A DNA stretch of 64,000 bases from Pseudomonadales bacterium (GCA_019634925.1 JAHCAL010000009.1:28-64027); one strand, 5' to 3'. Counted from the stretch's first letter, positions 19,250 through 31,190 are shown. The notes: generated by a model from the sequence alone, not told the origin. Program-made: numbers and translations.

Positions 19250-21349
19250 ATGGCTCGCAAGACCCCCCTATCGCGATACCGCAATTTCGGTATCACGGCC
19301 CACGTGGATGCTGGCAAGACCACCACCACGGAACGGGTGCTGTTCTATACCGGCCGGTCCCACAAGATCGGCGAGGTGCACGAAGGCGCCGCGACCATGG
19401 ACTGGATGGAGCAGGAGCAGGAGCGGGGCATCACCATCACCTCGGCTGCGACCACGTGCTTCTGGAAAGGCATGGACAAGCAGTACGACGAGCATCGTTT
19501 CAACATCATTGACACGCCCGGGCACGTCGACTTCACGATCGAGGTAGAGCGCAGCCTGCGCGTTCTGGATGGCGCCGTGGTCGTGTTCTGCGGCACCTCG
19601 GGTGTCGAGCCGCAGTCGGAAACGGTGTGGCGCCAGGCCAACAAGTACGGCGTGCCGCGCATCGTGTTCGTCAACAAGATGGACCGGGCCGGCGCCAACT
19701 TCCTGCGCGTCGTTGCCCAGATCAAGCAGCGGTTGGGCGCGAATGCGGTGCCGGTACAGCTTTCGCTCGGCGCCGAGGAACACTTCAAGGGGATCATCGA
19801 CCTGCTGCGAATGAAGGCGATCCTCTGGAACGAAGACGACCAGGGCCTGACCTACAATCTGGTGGATATCCCTGCGGAGTACGCCGAAGAAGCGGCCAAG
19901 TGGCGCGAGAACATGGTGGAGGCAGCCGCCGAAGCCAACGACGATCTGATGAACAAGTACCTCGAAGGTGAGGAGCTCACCATCGACGAGATCCGCAAGG
20001 GCCTGCGCGCGCGCACGCTCGCCGGCGAGATCGTTCCCGCGCTGTGCGGCTCCGCGTTCAAGAACAAGGGCGTCCAGGCGATGCTCGACGCCGTCATCGA
20101 GTACCTGCCGGCGCCGAACGAGGTGCGCGCCATCGAGGGAACGCTCGATGACGACGAGACCACGGTCTCGCGCAAGGCTGATGACGCAGAGCCGTTTGCG
20201 GCGCTGGCGTTCAAGATCGCGACCGACCCCTTCGTCGGCACCCTGACGTTCTTCCGGGTTTACTCCGGCGTACTTAGCTCGGGCGACCAGGTGTACAACC
20301 CGGTCAAGAGCAGGAAGGAGCGCGTCGGCCGGATGGTGCAGATGCACGCCAACACCCGCGAAGAGATCAAGGAAGTGCGCGCGGGCGACATTGCCGCGGC
20401 GATTGGCCTGAAGGACGTCACCACCGGTGACACGCTCTGCGATCTGAACAACATCATCACGCTCGAGCGGATGGAGTTCCCGGAGCCGGTGATCTCGGTG
20501 GCCGTGGAGCCCAAGTCCAAGGCGGATCAGGAGAAGATGGGCGTCGCGCTCGGCAAGCTTGCGCAGGAAGACCCCTCGTTCCGCGTTCGTACGGACGAAG
20601 AGTCGGGCCAGACCATCATTTCGGGCATGGGTGAACTGCACCTCGACATCATCGTGGACCGCATGCGTCGCGAGTTCGGGGTCGAGGCCAACATCGGCAA
20701 GCCTCAGGTCGCATATCGGGAAACGATCCGCGGGTCGGTCGAAGCCGAAGGCAAGTTCGTTCGCCAGTCGGGCGGACGCGGTCAGTACGGTCATGTCTGG
20801 GTCAAGCTCGAGCCGCTCCCGGCCGACTCCGAGGCCGTATACGAGTTCGTCGATGAAGTGGTGGGCGGTACGGTGCCGCGGGAGTACATCCCGGCGGTCA
20901 ACAAGGGCATCGAAGAGCAGATGCAGAACGGTGTCCTGGCCGGTTACCCACTGATCGGCGTAAAGGCCACTCTGTTCGACGGCTCGTTCCACGAAGTGGA
21001 TTCGTCGGAAATGGCGTTCAAGATTGCCGGCTCCATGGCCTTGAAGGCGGGCGCCCTGAAAGCGAAGCCGGTGCTGCTGGAGCCGATCATGGCCGTGGAG
21101 GTCGTGACCCCGGAAGACTATATGGGCGATGTCGTGGGCGACCTCAATCGGCGCCGCGGGCTGATCAACGGCATGGACGAGAATCCCGCCGGCAAGATCA
21201 TCCGGGCCGATGTGCCTCTGTCCGAAATGTTCGGCTATGCGACCGACGTGCGTTCGGCTACCCAGGGGCGTGCGAGCTACACCATGGAGTTCAAGCGCTA
21301 CGCGGAAGTGCCGGAGAACATCGCGGCGGCGATTGCCAAGAAGGGTTGA
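19250..21349 (+). CDS. fusA: elongation factor G
   Basis: 699 aa; [28 protein letters not shown]. Confidence 0.98.
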   Translation: MARKTPLSRYRNFGITAHVDAGKTTTTERVLFYTGRSHKIGEVHEGAATMDWMEQEQERGITITSAATTCFWKGMDKQYDEHRFNIIDTPGHVDFTIEVERSLRVLDGAVVVFCGTSGVEPQSETVWRQANKYGVPRIVFVNKMDRAGANFLRVVAQIKQRLGANAVPVQLSLGAEEHFKGIIDLLRMKAILWNEDDQGLTYNLVDIPAEYAEEAAKWRENMVEAAAEANDDLMNKYLEGEELTIDEIRKGLRARTLAGEIVPALCGSAFKNKGVQAMLDAVIEYLPAPNEVRAIEGTLDDDETTVSRKADDAEPFAALAFKIATDPFVGTLTFFRVYSGVLSSGDQVYNPVKSRKERVGRMVQMHANTREEIKEVRAGDIAAAIGLKDVTTGDTLCDLNNIITLERMEFPEPVISVAVEPKSKADQEKMGVALGKLAQEDPSFRVRTDEESGQTIISGMGELHLDIIVDRMRREFGVEANIGKPQVAYRETIRGSVEAEGKFVRQSGGRGQYGHVWVKLEPLPADSEAVYEFVDEVVGGTVPREYIPAVNKGIEEQMQNGVLAGYPLIGVKATLFDGSFHEVDSSEMAFKIAGSMALKAGALKAKPVLLEPIMAVEVVTPEDYMGDVVGDLNRRRGLINGMDENPAGKIIRADVPLSEMFGYATDVRSATQGRASYTMEFKRYAEVPENIAAAIAKKG

Positions 21350-21447
21350 CGAAGGGTTGAAGAACGGTCAGCCGAAGGTGTGCGGCGCACGACCGGGCGG
21401 TCGAGCGTCGCACGAGACACAACTTTCAGGGAATTCAGGTAGCAACC

Positions 21448-22638
21448 ATGTCCAAAGCCAAGTTTGAGCGTAAGAAGCCGCACGTGAACGTAGGGACGAT
21501 TGGTCACGTCGACCATGGTAAGACGACGCTGACGGCGGCGCTGACGAAGGTGTGTGCGGATCTTTACGGTGGAGAGGCGACGGCGTTCGACCAGATCGAC
21601 AAGGCGCCTGAGGAGCGGGAGCGCGGGATCACGATTTCGACGGCGCACGTTGAATACGAGAGCCCGAACCGTCACTACGCGCACGTTGACTGCCCTGGGC
21701 ATGCGGACTACGTGAAGAACATGATCACGGGTGCGGCGCAGATGGACGGTGCGATTCTGGTGGTGTCGGCGGCCGACGGCCCGATGCCGCAGACGCGGGA
21801 ACACATTCTGCTGTCGCGGCAGGTGGGTGTACCGAAGATCGTGGTATTCATGAACAAGGCGGACATGGTGGATGACGCCGAGTTGCTGGAACTGGTCGAG
21901 ATGGAAGTTCGAGAGCTTCTGGACCAGTACGATTTTCCGGGAGACGACACGCCGATCATCATTGGCAGCGCGCTGAAGGCTCTGGAAGGTGATCAGGGCG
22001 AGGTTGGCATTGAGTCGGTGAAGAAGCTGGTAGCGGCGCTGGACGAGTACATTCCGCAGCCGGAGCGTGCGATCGACCTGCCGTTCCTGATGCCGATCGA
22101 GGACGTGTTCTCGATTGCGGGCCGGGGCACGGTGGTGACGGGTCGAGTCGAGCGCGGGATCGTGAAGGTCGGCGACGAGATCGAGATCGTTGGTCTGAAG
22201 GATACGACGAAGACGACGTGTACGGGCGTGGAGATGTTCCGCAAGTTGCTGGACGAAGGTCGGGCGGGCGAAAACATCGGCGTGCTGCTGCGCGGTACGA
22301 AGCGTGACGAGGTTGAGCGCGGCCAGGTGCTGTCGAAGCCTGGTGCGATCACGCCGCACACGCGTTTCGAGGCAGAGGTCTACGTACTGTCGAAGGAAGA
22401 GGGCGGCCGGCATACGCCGTTCTTCAAGGGCTACCGTCCGCAGTTCTACTTCCGTACGACGGACGTGACGGGGACGGTGGAACTGCCGGAAGGTGTCGAG
22501 ATGGTGATGCCGGGCGACAACGTCAACATGGTGGTGACGCTGATCAATCCGATTGCGATGGATGACGGTCTGCGGTTCGCGATCCGTGAAGGCGGCCGTA
22601 CCGTCGGCGCCGGCGTCGTCACCAAGGTCATCGAATAA
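21448..22638 (+). CDS. tuf: elongation factor Tu (copy 2, tufA-like position)
   Basis: 396 aa, amino-acid identical to copy 1. The antisense-frame ORF translations are also identical, so the DNA is essentially identical. Confidence 0.98.
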   Translation: MSKAKFERKKPHVNVGTIGHVDHGKTTLTAALTKVCADLYGGEATAFDQIDKAPEERERGITISTAHVEYESPNRHYAHVDCPGHADYVKNMITGAAQMDGAILVVSAADGPMPQTREHILLSRQVGVPKIVVFMNKADMVDDAELLELVEMEVRELLDQYDFPGDDTPIIIGSALKALEGDQGEVGIESVKKLVAALDEYIPQPERAIDLPFLMPIEDVFSIAGRGTVVTGRVERGIVKVGDEIEIVGLKDTTKTTCTGVEMFRKLLDEGRAGENIGVLLRGTKRDEVERGQVLSKPGAITPHTRFEAEVYVLSKEEGGRHTPFFKGYRPQFYFRTTDVTGTVELPEGVEMVMPGDNVNMVVTLINPIAMDDGLRFAIREGGRTVGAGVVTKVIE

Positions 22639-22707
22639 CCGGCAGGCACGGGAAGCGGCGCGCCAGTCCCGGGTGCGTCGCTTTTTGACGGGTTCTCCGC
22701 GCAGGTG

Positions 22708-22736
22708 TTGCGGGCATTTCGCGACATCTGTATAGT
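22708..22736 (+). promoter_or_regulatory. candidate sigma70 promoter of the S10 operon, inside a 284-nt tuf-rpsJ leader
   Basis: TTGCGG (22708-22713), 17-nt spacer, TATAGT (22731-22736). The leader position corresponds to the L4-regulated S10 leader known from E. coli. Confidence 0.4.
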
Positions 22737-22922
22737 TCGCCCTCCCTTTTTCCGAGCCTCGAAACGGGGTGGCCCGGCAGCGCCGGGGCCAGCCGCCGGG
22801 ACAGGCGGGCCTTGTGCTGGCATGGGGCAGGCCTCGCAAGGCAAGGGGAAAAAGCCCTACGGACGGTGCGGATTTCATCGTCCAGCAGGGTCGTTCTTTG
22901 GTCATCAGGAGTTTGAGCCACT

Positions 22923-23234
22923 GTGCAGAACCAGCGCATTCGCATCCGTCTCAAGGCGTTCGATCACCGGTTGATCGACGTATCCACCCAGGAAATCGTG
23001 GATACCGCCAAGCGCACCGGCGCCCTGGTTCGTGGCCCGATCCCGTTGCCGACCCGTACCGAGCGATTCACCGTGCTGGTATCTCCGCACGTGAACAAGG
23101 ATGCGCGGGATCAGTACGAGATCCGCACCCACAAGCGGGTGCTGGACATCGTCGAGCCGACCGAAAAGACCGTTGACGCGCTGATGAAGCTCGATCTGGC
23201 GGCCGGTGTCGACGTACAGATCAGTCTGAAGTGA
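22923..23234 (+). CDS. rpsJ: 30S ribosomal protein S10
   Basis: 103 aa, GTG start; [19 protein letters not shown]. Confidence 0.97.
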   Translation: MQNQRIRIRLKAFDHRLIDVSTQEIVDTAKRTGALVRGPIPLPTRTERFTVLVSPHVNKDARDQYEIRTHKRVLDIVEPTEKTVDALMKLDLAAGVDVQISLK

Positions 23235-23280
23235 ATTTTGTTGCCCGACCGGGCAGGTCGGGCCAGCGGCAGCCGCAGGT

Positions 23281-23330
23281 GTGCATAACAGCGCATAAGA
23301 GCGCATAAAAAGCGCATAGGAGCGTAAGCG
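23281..23330 (+). repeat. five helically phased (10-11 bp) GCGCATAA-like units
   Basis: GTGCATAAca GCGCATAAga GCGCATAAaaa GCGCATAGga GCGTAAgcg, read directly. Confidence 0.8.
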
Positions 23331-23371
23331 GCGCCGCCGACATGACCCCGATTGGGGGTCGCTGAAACCGA

Positions 23372-23422
23372 AGAGACCGTTTACCGGCAGACCAGAGAGG
23401 GGTCTGGCGGTAAACGGTCTCT
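23372..23422 (+). repeat. 22-bp-arm inverted repeat (long hairpin) inside the rpsJ-rplC spacer
   Basis: AGAGACCGTTTACCGGCAGACC (23372-23393), loop AGAGAGG, GGTCTGGCGGTAAACGGTCTCT (23401-23422). One G-G mismatch in 22 positions. Confidence 0.9.
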
Positions 23423-23496
23423 GCATCTGACGAAGACAAGCTTGATTGGCCCGGACCACCAGGCAGGGCGCAGGCAAGCAGGCAGGAAGCAAACCA

Positions 23497-24132
23497 ATGG
23501 CAATTGGATTGGTAGGTAGAAAAGCGGGCATGACGCGCATCTTCACGGAAGATGGCAGCTCGATACCGGTAACGGTGATCGAGGTCGAACCCAATCGAGT
23601 CACCTACGTCAGGACGCCGGAGCAGGATGGCTACGCGGCCATCCAGGTCACCACCGGCGAAGTGCGGCGTAATCGCATTTCCCGGCCGGAAGCCGGTCAT
23701 TTCGCGAAGGCGAACGTGCCTGCTGGCCGCGGTCTCTGGGAGTTCCGCGTGGATGGTCTCGCTCACGATCTCACGGTCGGCGCCGAGATCTCGGTCGCGC
23801 AGTTCGAAGCGGGTCAGCGTGTCGACGTCCAGGGTGTCTCGAAGGGCAAAGGCTACGCCGGCACGATCAAGCGCTGGAATTTCCGTGGTCAGGACGCCAC
23901 CCACGGCAACTCGATCTCCCACCGCGTGCCCGGCTCCATCGGCCAGAACCAGACCCCCGGTCGTGTCTTCAAAGGCAAGAAGATGTCCGGACACCTCGGC
24001 AACGTCAAGGTGACCACCCAGCGCCTCGAAGTGGTGCGGGTCGACGCCGAACGGAACCTGCTGCTTGTGAAGGGCGCAGTCCCCGGACCGGCTGGTGGTG
24101 ATCTTTACATCCGTCCCTCGGTCAAGGGCTGA
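23497..24132 (+). CDS. rplC: 50S ribosomal protein L3
   Basis: [20 protein letters not shown] is a canonical L3 N-terminus at ATG 23497; 211 aa. The track ORF starts upstream at 23446. Confidence 0.96.
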   Translation: MAIGLVGRKAGMTRIFTEDGSSIPVTVIEVEPNRVTYVRTPEQDGYAAIQVTTGEVRRNRISRPEAGHFAKANVPAGRGLWEFRVDGLAHDLTVGAEISVAQFEAGQRVDVQGVSKGKGYAGTIKRWNFRGQDATHGNSISHRVPGSIGQNQTPGRVFKGKKMSGHLGNVKVTTQRLEVVRVDAERNLLLVKGAVPGPAGGDLYIRPSVKG

Positions 24133-24149
24133 GTACGGAGGAGCGCTGA

Positions 24150-24755
24150 ATGAACCTGAATCTGGCAATGAGTGGCGGCAGCGTCGAGGTTTCCGAGGCT
24201 GCGTTCGCGCGTGAATACAACGAGGCGCTGGTCCATCAGGTGGTGGTGGCGCACATGGCCGGTGCCCGCCAGGGCACCCGGGCACAGAAAACCCGCGCGG
24301 AAGTCAGCGGTGGCGGCCGCAAGCCGTGGCGGCAGAAAGGCACCGGTCGCGCCCGCGCAGGTTCGATCCGCAGTCCCATCTGGCGGGGCGGCGGCGTGAC
24401 GTTCGCGGCCCGTCCGCAGGATCACTCGCAGAAGGTCAATCGCAAGATGTACCGCGGCGCGCTGCGCTGCATTCTGTCCGAGCTGATCCGCCAGGAGCGC
24501 CTGGTTGTCTGCGAGACCTTCGCGCTCGACGCGCCGCGTACCAAGGCCCTTCTGGCGCGCCTCAAGGAACTCGACCTGCGCGACGTGCTCATCGTCGCCG
24601 AAGAAATCGATCAGAACCTCTACCTGGCGTCCCGCAACCTGAAGGACGTCGACGTCAGTGACGTCGCCGCGCTGGATCCGGTCAGCCTGATCAGCCACCA
24701 GAAGGTCCTGGTGACCGTCGGGGCACTCAAGAAGCTGGAGGAAGCGCTGGCATGA
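24150..24755 (+). CDS. rplD: 50S ribosomal protein L4
   Basis: 201 aa; [29 protein letters not shown]. Confidence 0.97.
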   Translation: MNLNLAMSGGSVEVSEAAFAREYNEALVHQVVVAHMAGARQGTRAQKTRAEVSGGGRKPWRQKGTGRARAGSIRSPIWRGGGVTFAARPQDHSQKVNRKMYRGALRCILSELIRQERLVVCETFALDAPRTKALLARLKELDLRDVLIVAEEIDQNLYLASRNLKDVDVSDVAALDPVSLISHQKVLVTVGALKKLEEALA

Positions 24756-25048
24756 ACCAGGAACGTCTCTACACCGTGCTGCTCGAGCCGCACTTCTCGG
24801 AGAAGGTCTCCGGGCTCGGCGAGAAGTACAACCAGTACGGCTTCAAGGTGGCCGGCGACGCGACCAAGCCCGAGATCAAGGAAGCTGTCGAGAAGCTCTT
24901 CAAGGTGACCGTCGAAGGCGTCACCACCGCGAACGTCAAGGGCAAGGTCAAGCGGACCGTGCGTGGCATGTCCCGCAAGAAGAGTTGGAAGAAGGCCTAC
25001 GTGCGTGTCGCCGCAGGTCAGGAAATCGACTTCATGGTAACGGATTAA
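24752..25048 (+). CDS. rplW: 50S ribosomal protein L23
   Basis: 98 aa with a 4-nt overlap with rplD; [19 protein letters not shown]. Confidence 0.96.
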   Translation: MNQERLYTVLLEPHFSEKVSGLGEKYNQYGFKVAGDATKPEIKEAVEKLFKVTVEGVTTANVKGKVKRTVRGMSRKKSWKKAYVRVAAGQEIDFMVTD

Positions 25049-25054
25049 GAGCTC

Positions 25055-25882
25055 ATGGCTGTCGTAAAAGCTAAACCAACGTCTGCCGGGCGCCGCTTCG
25101 TCATCAAGGTGGTCAGTCCGGAGCTCCACAAGGGCGCCCCGCATCGCGCCCTGGTCGAGCCCCAGAACCGCACCGGCGGGCGCAACAACGCGGGCCGGAT
25201 CACCACGCGTCATCGCGGTGGCGGCCACAAGCAGCACTATCGCCTGGTCGATTTCAAACGCGACAAGGACGGCATTCCGGCGGTTGTCGAGCGGCTCGAA
25301 TACGATCCCAACCGCACCGCGCACATCGCGCTGCTGAAGTACAAGGATGGTGAGCGGCGCTACATCATCGCACCGCGTGGTGTCGCCGCAGGCGACACGC
25401 TGATGAGCGGGGTGGCTTCGCCGATCCGTGCCGGTAACGCGTTGCCGCTGCGCAGCATCCCGCTCGGCAGCATGGTGCACTGCGTCGAGCTCAAGCCCGG
25501 TCGTGGCGCCCAGCTGGCGCGCAGCGCCGGTGCCGCTGCCCAGCTGGTCGCACGTGAAGGCAGCTATGCCACGCTGCGCCTCCGTTCCGGAGAGATGCGC
25601 CGCGTACTCACCGAATGCAAGGCGACTCTCGGCGAAGTGGGCAATGCGGAACACAACCTGCGTTCGCTCGGCAAGGCGGGCGCCAAGCGCTGGCGCGGCG
25701 TGCGGCCGACCGTACGCGGTGTGGCGATGAACCCGGTCGACCACCCGCATGGCGGTGGTGAGGGCAAGACGTCCGGCGGCCGCCATCCGGTGACGCCATG
25801 GGGCGTTCCGACCAAGGGCTACAAGACCCGCAAGAACAAGCGCACGAGCAAGCTGATCGTACGTCGTCGAGGAAGGAGATAA
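25055..25882 (+). CDS. rplB: 50S ribosomal protein L2
   Basis: 275 aa; [26 protein letters not shown]. Confidence 0.98.
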   Translation: MAVVKAKPTSAGRRFVIKVVSPELHKGAPHRALVEPQNRTGGRNNAGRITTRHRGGGHKQHYRLVDFKRDKDGIPAVVERLEYDPNRTAHIALLKYKDGERRYIIAPRGVAAGDTLMSGVASPIRAGNALPLRSIPLGSMVHCVELKPGRGAQLARSAGAAAQLVAREGSYATLRLRSGEMRRVLTECKATLGEVGNAEHNLRSLGKAGAKRWRGVRPTVRGVAMNPVDHPHGGGEGKTSGGRHPVTPWGVPTKGYKTRKNKRTSKLIVRRRGRR

Positions 25883-25885
25883 GCG

Positions 25886-26161
25886 GTGCCCAGATCCTTG
25901 CACAAAGGTCCGTTCGTCGACCTGCACCTGATGCAGAAGGTCGAGACCGCCATGTCCAACAACGACAAGCGGCCGATCAAGACGTGGTCGCGGCGGTCCA
26001 TGGTCCTGCCGGAAATGGTCGGACTGACGATTGCCGTCTACAACGGCAAGCAGCACGTCCCGGTCTACGTAAACGAAGACATGGTCGGGCACAAGCTCGG
26101 CGAGTTCGCGCCTACCCGCACCTATCGCGGGCATGCCGCGGACAAGAAAGCCAAACGCTAG
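25886..26161 (+). CDS. rpsS: 30S ribosomal protein S19
   Basis: 91 aa, GTG start; [27 protein letters not shown]. Confidence 0.97.
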   Translation: MPRSLHKGPFVDLHLMQKVETAMSNNDKRPIKTWSRRSMVLPEMVGLTIAVYNGKQHVPVYVNEDMVGHKLGEFAPTRTYRGHAADKKAKR

Positions 26162-26190
26162 GCGCAGCGCGGTACCGACGGAGTTCAAAG

Positions 26191-26523
26191 ATGCAGGTTA
26201 GTGCCACAGCAAAGAGGGTGCGGGTATCCCCGCAGAAGGCGCGGCTGGTCGTCGACCTGGTGCGCGGCAAGCCGGTCAGCCATGCGCTGGACATCCTCGG
26301 CTTCAGTCCGCAGAAGGCCGCTGGCCTGGTGCGCAAGGTGGTCGAATCGGCAATCGCCAATGCCGAGAACAACAACGGCGCGGACATCGACGAACTGAAG
26401 ATCTCCGAGATCTTCGTCAACGAAGGCCTGGTAATGAAGCGGATCAAGCCGCGGGCCAAGGGTCGGGCGGATCGCATTGTTAAACGCACCAGTCACATCA
26501 CTGTGACGGTCACGGACGAGTAA
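26191..26523 (+). CDS. rplV: 50S ribosomal protein L22
   Basis: ATG 26191; [27 protein letters not shown]; 110 aa. The track shows it fused into a 241-aa ORF. Confidence 0.96.
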   Translation: MQVSATAKRVRVSPQKARLVVDLVRGKPVSHALDILGFSPQKAAGLVRKVVESAIANAENNNGADIDELKISEIFVNEGLVMKRIKPRAKGRADRIVKRTSHITVTVTDE

Positions 26524-26528
26524 GGCGC

Positions 26529-27188
26529 ATGGGGCAGAAAGTAAATCCGGTCGGGTTCCGGCTGGGCATCGTCAAGGATCATACGTCGATCTGGTACGCG
26601 GACCGGAAGACCTATTCGCGCTACCTGCTGAACGACCTGAGTGTCCGAGACTATCTGCGGCAGCGCCTGTCACAGGCCTCGATCAGCCGTATCGACATCG
26701 AGCGGCCCGCCCAGACCGCACGCGTGACCATTCATACCGCGCGCCCGGGTATCGTGATCGGCAAGAAGGGCGAGGACGTCGAGCGGTTGCGCGGCGAACT
26801 GGCCCGTCTGATGGGCGTGCCAGTGCACGTCAACATCGAAGAGATCCGCAAGCCCGAACTCGATGCGTTGCTGGTTGCCCAGAACGTGGCGCAGCAGCTC
26901 GAGCGTCGCGTGCAGTTCCGCCGTGCGATGCGCCGCGTGATCCAGAACGCAATGCGCATCGGCGCGGAAGGCATCAAGGTGCGCGTGGCGGGCCGGTTGG
27001 GCGGCGCGGAAATCGCCCGCTCCGAGGTGTATCACGAAGGCCGGGTGCCTCTGCATACGCTCCGTGCGGACATCGATTACGCGACCTGGGAAGCCAAGAC
27101 CACCTACGGGGTCATCGGCATCAAGGTTTGGATATTCAAAGGTGAAGTCATCGGCCGCGATCGCGACACTCAGGCGCAGTCGGCCTGA
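26529..27188 (+). CDS. rpsC: 30S ribosomal protein S3
   Basis: 219 aa; [18 protein letters not shown]. Confidence 0.98.
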   Translation: MGQKVNPVGFRLGIVKDHTSIWYADRKTYSRYLLNDLSVRDYLRQRLSQASISRIDIERPAQTARVTIHTARPGIVIGKKGEDVERLRGELARLMGVPVHVNIEEIRKPELDALLVAQNVAQQLERRVQFRRAMRRVIQNAMRIGAEGIKVRVAGRLGGAEIARSEVYHEGRVPLHTLRADIDYATWEAKTTYGVIGIKVWIFKGEVIGRDRDTQAQSA

Positions 27189-27245
27189 GGCCGGCACGAT
27201 CCGTCCGGCGGCGGCATCTGCAAGTAAGGTAGAAGGTGTAGCGGA

Positions 27246-27659
27246 ATGTTACAGCCGAAGAGAACGAAATTCAGGAAGCAGCACAAGGGCCGCAATCGCG
27301 GCCTTGCGGATCGCGGCAGCTCGGTGAGCTTCGGCGAATTCGGGCTCAAGTCGCTCGGCAGGGGCCGCCTGACCGCGCGGCAGATCGAGGCCGGTCGGCG
27401 TGCGCTCACCCGTCACGTGCGTCGCGGCGCCAAGATCTGGATCCGGGTGTTTCCCGACAAGCCGATCACCAAGAAGCCGCTCGAAGTCCGTCAGGGTAAG
27501 GGCAAGGGTGCGGTCGAGTACTGGGTAGCCCAGATTCAGCCCGGCCGGGTGCTGTTCGAGATGGAAGGCGTGCCGGAGGCGCTCGCGCGCGAGGCGTTCG
27601 CCCTCGCTGCAGCGAAGATGCCGCTGCAGACCGCGTTCGTGAAGCGGACGGTGATGTAA
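27246..27659 (+). CDS. rplP: 50S ribosomal protein L16
   Basis: 137 aa; [19 protein letters not shown]. Confidence 0.98.
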   Translation: MLQPKRTKFRKQHKGRNRGLADRGSSVSFGEFGLKSLGRGRLTARQIEAGRRALTRHVRRGAKIWIRVFPDKPITKKPLEVRQGKGKGAVEYWVAQIQPGRVLFEMEGVPEALAREAFALAAAKMPLQTAFVKRTVM

Positions 27660-27685
27660 ATGATTGGCGGGCGAGGTGGCTGGTG

Positions 27686-27877
27686 ATGAAAGTAGCTGAT
27701 TTGCGGAACAAGAGTGCGAGGGAGCTGCGCGAAGAGCTGCTGAAGCGCCGCAAGGAGCAGTTCGGTCTGCGCATGCAGAAGGCCAGCGGCCAGCTGGGCC
27801 AGACCCATCTCCTGGTGGAAGCGCGCCGCGACATCGCGCGCATCAAGACGGTAATGGCGGAGAAGGCGAATGGCTGA
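27686..27877 (+). CDS. rpmC: 50S ribosomal protein L29
   Basis: [19 protein letters not shown]...; 63 aa from ATG 27686 (GTG 27683 is possible). GAGGTGG lies 6 nt upstream. Confidence 0.94.
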   Translation: MKVADLRNKSARELREELLKRRKEQFGLRMQKASGQLGQTHLLVEARRDIARIKTVMAEKANG

Positions 27878-28166
27878 GCAGGATGCGGTAGCGCAGAGCC
27901 CGGAGGCTCGGCAGAGCAATCCGCGCACGGTCACAGGGACCGTGGTCAGCGACCGGATGGACAAGACCATCACGGTGCTGATCGAGCGCAGGGTGCAGCA
28001 CCCGGTGTACGGCAAGATCATCCGCCGTTCGTCGAAGCTGCACGCCCATGACGAGAACAACGAATGCCGCGTCGGCGACCTGGTCACGGTGGTCGAATGC
28101 CGGCCGCTGTCCAGGACCAAGACCTGGACGCTGAAAAGCATCGATGAACGCGCCCGGGAAGTGTGA
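27870..28166 (+). CDS. rpsQ: 30S ribosomal protein S17
   Basis: 98 aa; [39 protein letters not shown]. Confidence 0.96.
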   Translation: MAEQDAVAQSPEARQSNPRTVTGTVVSDRMDKTITVLIERRVQHPVYGKIIRRSSKLHAHDENNECRVGDLVTVVECRPLSRTKTWTLKSIDERAREV

Positions 28167-28202
28167 CCGGCAGCGCCAGACAGTATCGAGAGGATTGGGT
28201 CG

Positions 28203-28571
28203 ATGATTCAGACGGAAACCATGTTGGAGATCGCCGACAACAGCGGCGCCCGACGCGTCCAGTGCATCAAGGTGCTTGGCGGCTCGCACCGGCGCTACGC
28301 GGGCATCGGCGACATCATCAAGGTCACGGTGAAAGAAGCGATTCCGCGTGGTCGGGTGCGCAAGGGCCAGGTCATGAACGCCGTCGTCGTGCGCACCCGG
28401 AAAGGGGTTCGTCGTCCGGACGGCTCGGTGATCCGTTTCGACCAGAATGCGGCCGTGCTGTTGAACCAGCAGCACCAGCCGATCGGCACCCGGATCTTCG
28501 GGCCGGTGACGCGCGAGCTGCGTTCGGAAAAGTTCATGCGCATCATCTCGCTCGCGCCGGAGGTGCTGTAA
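28203..28571 (+). CDS. rplN: 50S ribosomal protein L14
   Basis: 122 aa; [17 protein letters not shown]. Confidence 0.98.
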   Translation: MIQTETMLEIADNSGARRVQCIKVLGGSHRRYAGIGDIIKVTVKEAIPRGRVRKGQVMNAVVVRTRKGVRRPDGSVIRFDQNAAVLLNQQHQPIGTRIFGPVTRELRSEKFMRIISLAPEVL

Positions 28572-28573
28572 CC

Positions 28574-28888
28574 ATGCTGAAGATCAAGAAGGACGACGAG
28601 GTGGTGGTGATCACCGGTCGGGACAAAGGCAAGCGCGGCAGCGTTCTGCAGGTAATGAAGGACGGGCGTCTGCTGGTGTCCGGCATCAACCTGGTCAAGA
28701 AGCATCAGCGGCCGAACCCGAACATCGGCCAGCAGGGTGGCATCGTCACCCGTGAGGCGCCGATCCAGGCCTCCAATGTCGCGATCTGGAACGACGCGAC
28801 CGGACGTGCCGATCGGGTGGGCTTTCGTGAAGAAGACGGCCGCAAGGTGCGATTCTTCAAGTCCGACAGCAAAGCGATCGAAAACTGA
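28574..28888 (+). CDS. rplX: 50S ribosomal protein L24
   Basis: ATG 28574; [22 protein letters not shown] (KOW); 104 aa. Confidence 0.96.
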   Translation: MLKIKKDDEVVVITGRDKGKRGSVLQVMKDGRLLVSGINLVKKHQRPNPNIGQQGGIVTREAPIQASNVAIWNDATGRADRVGFREEDGRKVRFFKSDSKAIEN

Positions 28889-28901
28889 GAGTTAAACGGT
28901 A

Positions 28902-29441
28902 ATGGTTAATCTGTATCAGCGATACGTCGAAGAGATTCGACCGCGCCTGATGACCGAAGGAGGCTACGCCAACATCATGGCCGTGCCGCGCCTCACGAAG
29001 GTCACGCTCAACATGGGTGTGGGCGAAGCGATCGGCGACAGGAAGATCATGGACAGCGCCGTCGGCGATCTCGCAGCCATCAGCGGCCAACGCCCGGTCG
29101 TCACCAAGGCGCGCAAGTCCGAAGCCGGCTTCAAGATCCGTGAGGGCTGGCCGATCGGTTGCAAGGTCACCCTGCGGAGCGCGCGGATGTACGAGTTCCT
29201 CGAGCGCCTGGTGGGAATCGCCATCCCCCGGATACGTGACTTCCGCGGTCTGAATCCGCGTGCATTCGACGGGCGTGGCAGCTTTTCGATGGGGCTGACC
29301 GAACAAATCGTGTTCCCAGAGATCGATTACGACAAGATCGACAAGATCCGTGGCATGAACATCACGGTCACGACGACCGCGAAAACCGATGCGGAAGCGT
29401 TGGCGCTCCTGAAGGCGTTCAACTTCCCGTTCCGCAACTGA
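28902..29441 (+). CDS. rplE: 50S ribosomal protein L5
   Basis: 179 aa; full-length L5-like sequence in the conserved position. Confidence 0.97.
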   Translation: MVNLYQRYVEEIRPRLMTEGGYANIMAVPRLTKVTLNMGVGEAIGDRKIMDSAVGDLAAISGQRPVVTKARKSEAGFKIREGWPIGCKVTLRSARMYEFLERLVGIAIPRIRDFRGLNPRAFDGRGSFSMGLTEQIVFPEIDYDKIDKIRGMNITVTTTAKTDAEALALLKAFNFPFRN

Positions 29442-29460
29442 ACCGAGACAGGCAGAAGCA

Positions 29461-29766
29461 ATGGCAAAGACCTCGATGATCGAGCGCGAAAAGAAGCGCG
29501 CACAGCTGACCGCACGTTACGCCAAGAAGCGTGCAGCGCTGAAAGCAGTCATCAACGACCGCAACGCCTCGGACGAGGAACGGTGGGCTGCGCAGATCAA
29601 ACTGCAGAAGCTGCCCCGTGACTCGAGCCCGGTGCGGCAGCGCCGACGGTGCGGACTGACCGGTCGTGCGCACGGTGTCTACCGGAAGTTCGGCCTCGGG
29701 CGCAACAAGCTGCGCGAGTCGGCGATGCGTGGCGATGTTCCCGGCCTCGTGATGGCCAGCTGGTAA
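29461..29766 (+). CDS. rpsN: 30S ribosomal protein S14
   Basis: 101 aa; [25 protein letters not shown]...ASW. Confidence 0.97.
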   Translation: MAKTSMIEREKKRAQLTARYAKKRAALKAVINDRNASDEERWAAQIKLQKLPRDSSPVRQRRRCGLTGRAHGVYRKFGLGRNKLRESAMRGDVPGLVMASW

Positions 29767-29783
29767 CGGGCGGGGGATACGAC

Positions 29784-30176
29784 ATGACGATGCAGGATCC
29801 AGTCGCCGACATGCTGACGCGCATCCGCAATGCGCAACAGGCCAACCATGTCTCGGTCAGCATGCCGAGTTCGACGCTCAAGGTCGCCATTTGCGAAGTG
29901 CTGAAGCGCGAAGGCTATATCGATGGTTTCGCGGTCTCGGGTGGTGCCCGGTCCGAACTCAGCGTCACGCTGCGCTATCACCAGGGCAAGCCGGTCATCG
30001 AGGCGCTCAAGCGCGTGAGCCGGCCAGGGCTTCGCACCTATCGTGCAACGGACGAGCTGCCGAAGATCATGGGCGGGCTCGGTGTGTCGATCGTCAGCAC
30101 CAACAAGGGTGTCATGACCGATCGCGAAGCGCGGGCCCAGGGTGTGGGCGGCGAAGTGCTCTGTACGGTGTTCTGA
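29784..30176 (+). CDS. rpsH: 30S ribosomal protein S8
   Basis: ATG 29784; [18 protein letters not shown]; 130 aa. Confidence 0.97.
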   Translation: MTMQDPVADMLTRIRNAQQANHVSVSMPSSTLKVAICEVLKREGYIDGFAVSGGARSELSVTLRYHQGKPVIEALKRVSRPGLRTYRATDELPKIMGGLGVSIVSTNKGVMTDREARAQGVGGEVLCTVF

Positions 30177-30189
30177 CGAGGTATTGCTG

Positions 30190-30723
30190 ATGTCTCGCGT
30201 AGCAAAAAATCCGATTCCGCTGCCTGCAGGCGTGGAATTCAGGCTGGAAGGCCGCAATGTGACGGTCAAGGGTGCCAAGGGCTCGCTGGCCATGACGCTC
30301 CATGCAGACATCGAAGTTCTGCAGGAAGGCGGCGCGCTCAAGATCGTGCCGCGCAACGAAGGCATGGCCGCGCGCGCCCAGTCCGGCACCGCCCGCGCAG
30401 TGCTCGCCAATATGGTTGCAGGCGTGTCTTCCGGCTTCGAGCGGCGCCTGACCATCCAGGGTGTCGGTTACCGGGCCCAGGCGCAGGGGCGCGCATTGAA
30501 CCTGCAACTCGGCTTCTCCCATCCGGTCGAATATCGCCTGCCCGACGGGGTCGATGCGGCGACTCCGAGTCAGACCGAAATCGTGATCACCGGCGCCGAC
30601 AAACAGCAGGTCGGCCAGGTGGCAGCCGAGATCCGCGCCTTCCGCCCGCCGGAGCCGTACAAGGGCAAAGGCGTGCGTTATGCGAACGAGCGGGTCCGGC
30701 AGAAGGAAGCGAAGAAGAAGTAA
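30190..30723 (+). CDS. rplF: 50S ribosomal protein L6
   Basis: ATG 30190; [16 protein letters not shown]; 177 aa. Confidence 0.97.
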   Translation: MSRVAKNPIPLPAGVEFRLEGRNVTVKGAKGSLAMTLHADIEVLQEGGALKIVPRNEGMAARAQSGTARAVLANMVAGVSSGFERRLTIQGVGYRAQAQGRALNLQLGFSHPVEYRLPDGVDAATPSQTEIVITGADKQQVGQVAAEIRAFRPPEPYKGKGVRYANERVRQKEAKKK

Positions 30724-30837
30724 CGGTATGCGCAGGCCCCCCGGTAAAGAGGTACATGCACCGGCGGCCAACGGATCCAGGCACGACTTTTGATCGGCTG
30801 GACGGCGTAGTAACAGGTCAACAGAGCGACATTGCAG

Positions 30838-31188
30838 ATGAGCGACAAGAAAGTTACGAGGTTGCGACGCGCCCGGCGCAGCCGCATGAAGATGCGCGAA
30901 CTCGGCGCCGTGCGCCTTTCGGTGCATCGCACCCCGCGACACATGTACGCGCAGGTGATCTCTGCGGAGGGCGACCGGATCCTGGCTTCGGCCTCGACGC
31001 TGGACAAGGAACTGCGTGCGGGTTCGACCGGCAACGTCGACGCTGCGACGCGGGTCGGACAACTGATCGCCGAGCGTGCCCGGGCTGTCGGCGTCAGCAA
31101 GGTGGCTTTCGACCGGTCGGGGTTCAAGTATCACGGGCGGGTCAAGGCGCTGGCCGACGCGGCGCGTGAAGGCGGACTGGAGTTTTAA
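30838..31188 (+). CDS. rplR: 50S ribosomal protein L18
   Basis: ATG 30838; [16 protein letters not shown]...[39 protein letters not shown]; 116 aa. Confidence 0.96.
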   Translation: MSDKKVTRLRRARRSRMKMRELGAVRLSVHRTPRHMYAQVISAEGDRILASASTLDKELRAGSTGNVDAATRVGQLIAERARAVGVSKVAFDRSGFKYHGRVKALADAAREGGLEF

Positions 31189-31190
31189 GC

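Noticed and set aside
21298-22905. 535-aa minus-strand ORF opposite the second tuf copy.
   Set aside because: It has the same sequence as the artefact opposite tuf copy 1 and exists only because the tuf DNA is duplicated.
23280-23288. DnaA-box match TTATGCACA as evidence for a replication origin.
   Set aside because: It is a single consensus-fitting box in the middle of the S10 operon, with no AT-rich unwinding element or dnaA/dnaN/gidA context. I report it only as part of the phased repeat array.
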